From an uncultured delta proteobacterium (GTDB lineage Bacteria; Myxococcota_A; Polyangia; Fen-1088): a DNA stretch of 64,000 nucleotides. The position numbers were made by a program, and so were the translations under genes. Below the pieces are notes generated by a model. That model was not told where the DNA came from and ran no database searches. It worked only from the letters and a program-made list of their open reading frames with translations. The stretch covers positions 32,001 to 96,000 of the forward strand of contig CAVTRY010000013.1 in assembly GCA_963737265.1 (NCBI GenBank), read 5' to 3'. The stretch's first letter is position 1, and every line of letters begins with the position of its first letter. Shown here in pieces: positions 60,975-64,000 of this stretch.

Positions 60975-61655
60975 ATGCAGACGATCGTGTTGCTTTCGGG
61001 CGGGCTCGATTCGGCAACGGTGCTGGCCATGTGCCGCGCCGACGGCAAGGTGTGCCACGCGCTCAGTTTTCGCTACGGCCAACGCCACGCGGTCGAACTC
61101 GCGGCCGCCGCGCGGGTCGCCCAAATGCTGGGCGCGGCTTCGCAGACAATCTGCACCATCGATGTTCAGTGCCTTGCCGGCTCGACCTTAACCGGTCAGG
61201 GCGAGGTGCCCAAGGGTCGCAGCGAGCGCGAGATGGGCGAAGGTATCCCGTCGACCTACGTGCCCGCCCGCAACACCCTGTTTGTCGCCCACGCACTCGC
61301 CCTGGCCGAGTCGATGGGGGCGGGCGAGATTGCGCTTGGAATCAATGCGCTCGACTACTCGGGCTACCCTGATTGCCGTCCCGAATGGGTCGCGGCCATG
61401 CAGGTGGTGGCGCGCCTTGGCACCAAGGCAGGCGTCACGGGGCAGCCGGTGAAACTGGTCGCGCCGCTGGTGTCGATGAGCAAGGCGGATATCATTCGCG
61501 CCGGGCTCGCGCTCGGCGTGGACTACGCCATCACGCATTCGTGCTACGACCCCACCCCCGAGGGCGCAGCCTGCGGTGCTTGCGATTCGTGTATCTTGCG
61601 CCGCCGCGGCTTTGAGCAGGCCGGCGTCCGGGATCCGACCCGGTACCGGCTCTGA
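60975..61655 (+). CDS. queC: 7-cyano-7-deazaguanine synthase
   Basis: LSGGLDS, YGQRH, TYVPARN, YSGYPDCR, SCY...CGACDSC. Confidence 0.97.
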   Translation: MQTIVLLSGGLDSATVLAMCRADGKVCHALSFRYGQRHAVELAAAARVAQMLGAASQTICTIDVQCLAGSTLTGQGEVPKGRSEREMGEGIPSTYVPARNTLFVAHALALAESMGAGEIALGINALDYSGYPDCRPEWVAAMQVVARLGTKAGVTGQPVKLVAPLVSMSKADIIRAGLALGVDYAITHSCYDPTPEGAACGACDSCILRRRGFEQAGVRDPTRYRL

Positions 61656-61676
61656 TTCGCCCGGAGCTCTCGGTCG

Positions 61677-63266
61677 CTAGTCGATGCGTGCGGCCCAGCG
61701 CCCGCCAAAGCTGCCACGGCCAAGAAAGGCCGGCCGCAAGAGCGGCAGAAGCCCCAGCTCCGCCAGGTCGGGGATGGGCGTGCGAACCACCGGGCCGGGC
61801 TGCCAAGGGCGAAGACTCTCGGCACGGGCAGCCGGGCCTGTAACCGGTGCCGCCACCTGTCCCGGAGCCGGTCCGCGCCCCTCGGCCGGGGCTGGCGCTT
61901 CCGGCCGAGCTTCCGACCGACCTTGGCGCCCGCGCCGGCCGTGCCGATCTCGCCTGTCGCGGCCGCCATCTCCGTCGGCCTCGACAAGAAGCTCAGGCGG
62001 CAATTCTTCCTCGGGGGAGCCGATCGGCGCGGTCGCCGGGGCCGTCGTTTGGGCCAGGCTCCCTGCCTCGATGGGCGCCCAGCCCTCGGCTCGCGCCACG
62101 ATGGTACTGAGCCACAGGGCGTCCTGATAAAACGGACGACCGGCAAGCCGCGACGGCGAACGCTGCGGACGCGTGGACGGAAGCATGTAGCGCACGGTAA
62201 GAAGAATCTGACGGCACAGCTCGGAATCGCGGCGCGAGGCCTTGAGACGATCCAGGACCGGCTGCACCGACTGGGTAACGACCTGGCCGACGTTTTTCGT
62301 CGCCACACCATCGGGCGCCAGGATGTCGCGCAGCGGCGGCAGAAGCAAGGTGGCCAGGATCATGGCATCGGACGGAGGCTCGCCCTTGGTGGCGATGGAC
62401 TCGTCGAGTGCGCGCAGATAGGACCAGAAGCGCTCGATGCGCGTCTTGACCTCGGGGTTGTCGCTCTCGTTGCGCCACGCCTGCGCCATCTCGGGCAGGA
62501 GGAATTCAAGCAGGCCCGTCTCAACCAGAAGCTCGAACGAACGCCGGGCGGCGCCCGCGCGAAGCAGGCGATAAAACTCCTCGGTGACGCGCGCCTGGGC
62601 ACACTTGGCCAGCTCCGCCTTGTGCTCCATCATCAGGCGGTAAGTTTCCGGTTCGATGGCAAGGTCGCACCGGGCGGCGAATTTTACCGCGCGCAGAATC
62701 CGAACCGGGTCTTCGCGAAATCGGATGTCCGGATCGCCGATGGTACGCACCAGCCGCGCCTCGAGGTCGGGAAGTCCGGCCACATGGTCGATGACCTGCG
62801 CGGTGTCGACGTCGAAAAATAGACCGTTGATGGTAAAATCCCGGCGGCGAGCATCTTCCTCCTCGGTGCCGAAGACATTGTCGTGCCGGATGAGCAGGTC
62901 GGCGTTTTCAGCCTTGATTTCCGGCTTGTTGTCGACCTCGATCGCGGCATCGCCGGGTTCATCTTCGAGCGTGCGCGGGTTGGCGCGGAAGGTAGCCGTC
63001 TCGATGATCTTGCGGCCGAAAAAGACGTGGGCTAGGCGGAAGCGTCGACCGATGATGCGACAGTTGCGAAAGCAGCGGCGGATTTCGTTGGGCGTCGCCG
63101 AGGTGGCAACATCGAAGTCCTTCGGCTTGCGACCGAGCAAAAGGTCGCGCACGCAACCACCAACCAAATACGCCTTGTGCTGATAGCGACGCAAGCGCTG
63201 CACGACGCGCAGGGCATCGGGATCGATCTGATCCAAACGAATTTCCATGTCTGCATGCCGTACCAC
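61677..63266 (-). CDS. pcnB: Poly(A) polymerase I
   Basis: VGGCVRD, DFD, PAP-specific IIGRRFRLAHV, RRDFTING, EDPVRILRA. Confidence 0.95.
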   Translation of the reverse strand: MVRHADMEIRLDQIDPDALRVVQRLRRYQHKAYLVGGCVRDLLLGRKPKDFDVATSATPNEIRRCFRNCRIIGRRFRLAHVFFGRKIIETATFRANPRTLEDEPGDAAIEVDNKPEIKAENADLLIRHDNVFGTEEEDARRRDFTINGLFFDVDTAQVIDHVAGLPDLEARLVRTIGDPDIRFREDPVRILRAVKFAARCDLAIEPETYRLMMEHKAELAKCAQARVTEEFYRLLRAGAARRSFELLVETGLLEFLLPEMAQAWRNESDNPEVKTRIERFWSYLRALDESIATKGEPPSDAMILATLLLPPLRDILAPDGVATKNVGQVVTQSVQPVLDRLKASRRDSELCRQILLTVRYMLPSTRPQRSPSRLAGRPFYQDALWLSTIVARAEGWAPIEAGSLAQTTAPATAPIGSPEEELPPELLVEADGDGGRDRRDRHGRRGRQGRSEARPEAPAPAEGRGPAPGQVAAPVTGPAARAESLRPWQPGPVVRTPIPDLAELGLLPLLRPAFLGRGSFGGRWAARID

Positions 63267-63308
63267 GTCGGTCAGGCATCGGCAAGCAGAGCCGAGCCGC
63301 GGGGCGCG

Positions 63309-63812
63309 CTACCGCGCCGAGGGTATGTCCGCCCCCCGGGCGAAATGCTCGTGTACTTTCACAGCCGTCACGGTGAGCAGGAAGGTCAGCAATGCGACGG
63401 CCAGAACCACAAGAATGTACCGCCCCATGGGATCGCGCGGAAGATCGACGTCATCCCGATCATTAGGGGTGGAGTCGCCCATGCCGCCGCCCGAAACGAA
63501 TCGCCCGCTGTCGGTCCAGCGCCCGATGAACCGCGCCAGCCGACTTTTCTGAGGTCGCGTGGGCCGGCGCGCCGCAATCTCCTCGGTGATTCCCGAGACA
63601 ATGGGCGCTGGGACGGCTGTGCGTGGTGTCGGGAACGCGGGTGACGGGGGCACGGGCGTTGGTGAGCCTGGCGTCTTGGGCGGCACGAAACCAGCCGGCA
63701 ATTTCAGGTGAAGATCGTGCCCCATGACCGTGCGCGCAGCCCGCGACCCATTCGAATCCGGGGGTTCTGAGCCGTCGCCAGCGAAGCCAAACCTGGTTTT
63801 GGAGCCCGCCAT
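63309..63812 (-). CDS. Hypothetical Pro-rich protein with C-terminal TM
   Basis: GAGG RBS before ATG 63812; YILVVLAVALLTFLLTVTAV. Confidence 0.65.
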   Translation of the reverse strand: MAGSKTRFGFAGDGSEPPDSNGSRAARTVMGHDLHLKLPAGFVPPKTPGSPTPVPPSPAFPTPRTAVPAPIVSGITEEIAARRPTRPQKSRLARFIGRWTDSGRFVSGGGMGDSTPNDRDDVDLPRDPMGRYILVVLAVALLTFLLTVTAVKVHEHFARGADIPSAR

Positions 63813-63855
63813 TTCCTCTTTCCAGAATACCAGGAGCCGCACGCAGGGGCTACGG

Positions 63856-63886
63856 GCCTGATGGTAAACAGCCTGATGGTAAACAG
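63856..63886. repeat. 15-bp tandem duplication in a divergent promoter region
   Basis: GCCTGATGGTAAACA x2. Confidence 0.8.
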
Positions 63887-63961
63887 TTGCGCGTCTGCGC
63901 AGGTCAAGCCAATCTGACCCTGGGGCGCGAGGCTCTTTGCCGGCTCGCGATTCACCAACGC

Positions 63962-64000
63962 ATGCGCGTGCTCTTCGTCGTCAACAGCCTGAAAAACCTC
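63962..64000 (+). CDS. Start of an unidentified CDS (runs off the window)
   Basis: ATG then MRVLFVVNSLKNL, a beta-strand start like that of glutathione synthase or GT-B enzymes; too short to assign. Confidence 0.45.
   Translation, partial: MRVLFVVNSLKNL

Overview
The window reads as two unrelated genomic segments joined at about 37,080, inside one apparent ORF that fuses an acetate kinase N-terminus to a TonB-dependent receptor C-terminus. The left part (1 to ~37,080) looks acidobacterial. It holds two Oar-like TonB-dependent receptors, an OmpR-type two-component pair, three tripartite efflux systems (two RND, one EmrAB-type with TetR), rpiB, a dihaem cytochrome, Lgt, an M16 peptidase pair and an ABC exporter. 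It also has many single-base frameshifts, which are probably long-read errors, and about 12 GTAG/GTGG REP or REPIN palindrome loci. The right part (~37,080 to 64,000) looks myxococcotal. It holds a XylR/DmpR-type sigma54 activator facing an M20 hydrolase-ackA operon, a Pkn-type kinase, a GH5 lipoprotein, two GT-C glycosyltransferases, a MYXO-CTERM protein, hflX, an aldolase/SDR fusion, lsrF, queC and pcnB. Its long ORFs are intact and it has no REPs. The best novel candidate is a hidden upstream ORF (6824-7169, one apparent frameshift) with a transmembrane segment and a C-terminal RAPP motif, a probable ribosome-arrest peptide heading an RraA-like + RND efflux operon. Other candidates are a Cc1-like tandem domain with an H1-like tail, REP palindromes that supply stop codons or are read in frame, and a metallophosphoesterase remnant with its halves in reversed order. 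I found no rRNA, tRNA, CRISPR array or transposase. All family and taxon calls come from motif recognition by eye, with no database search.
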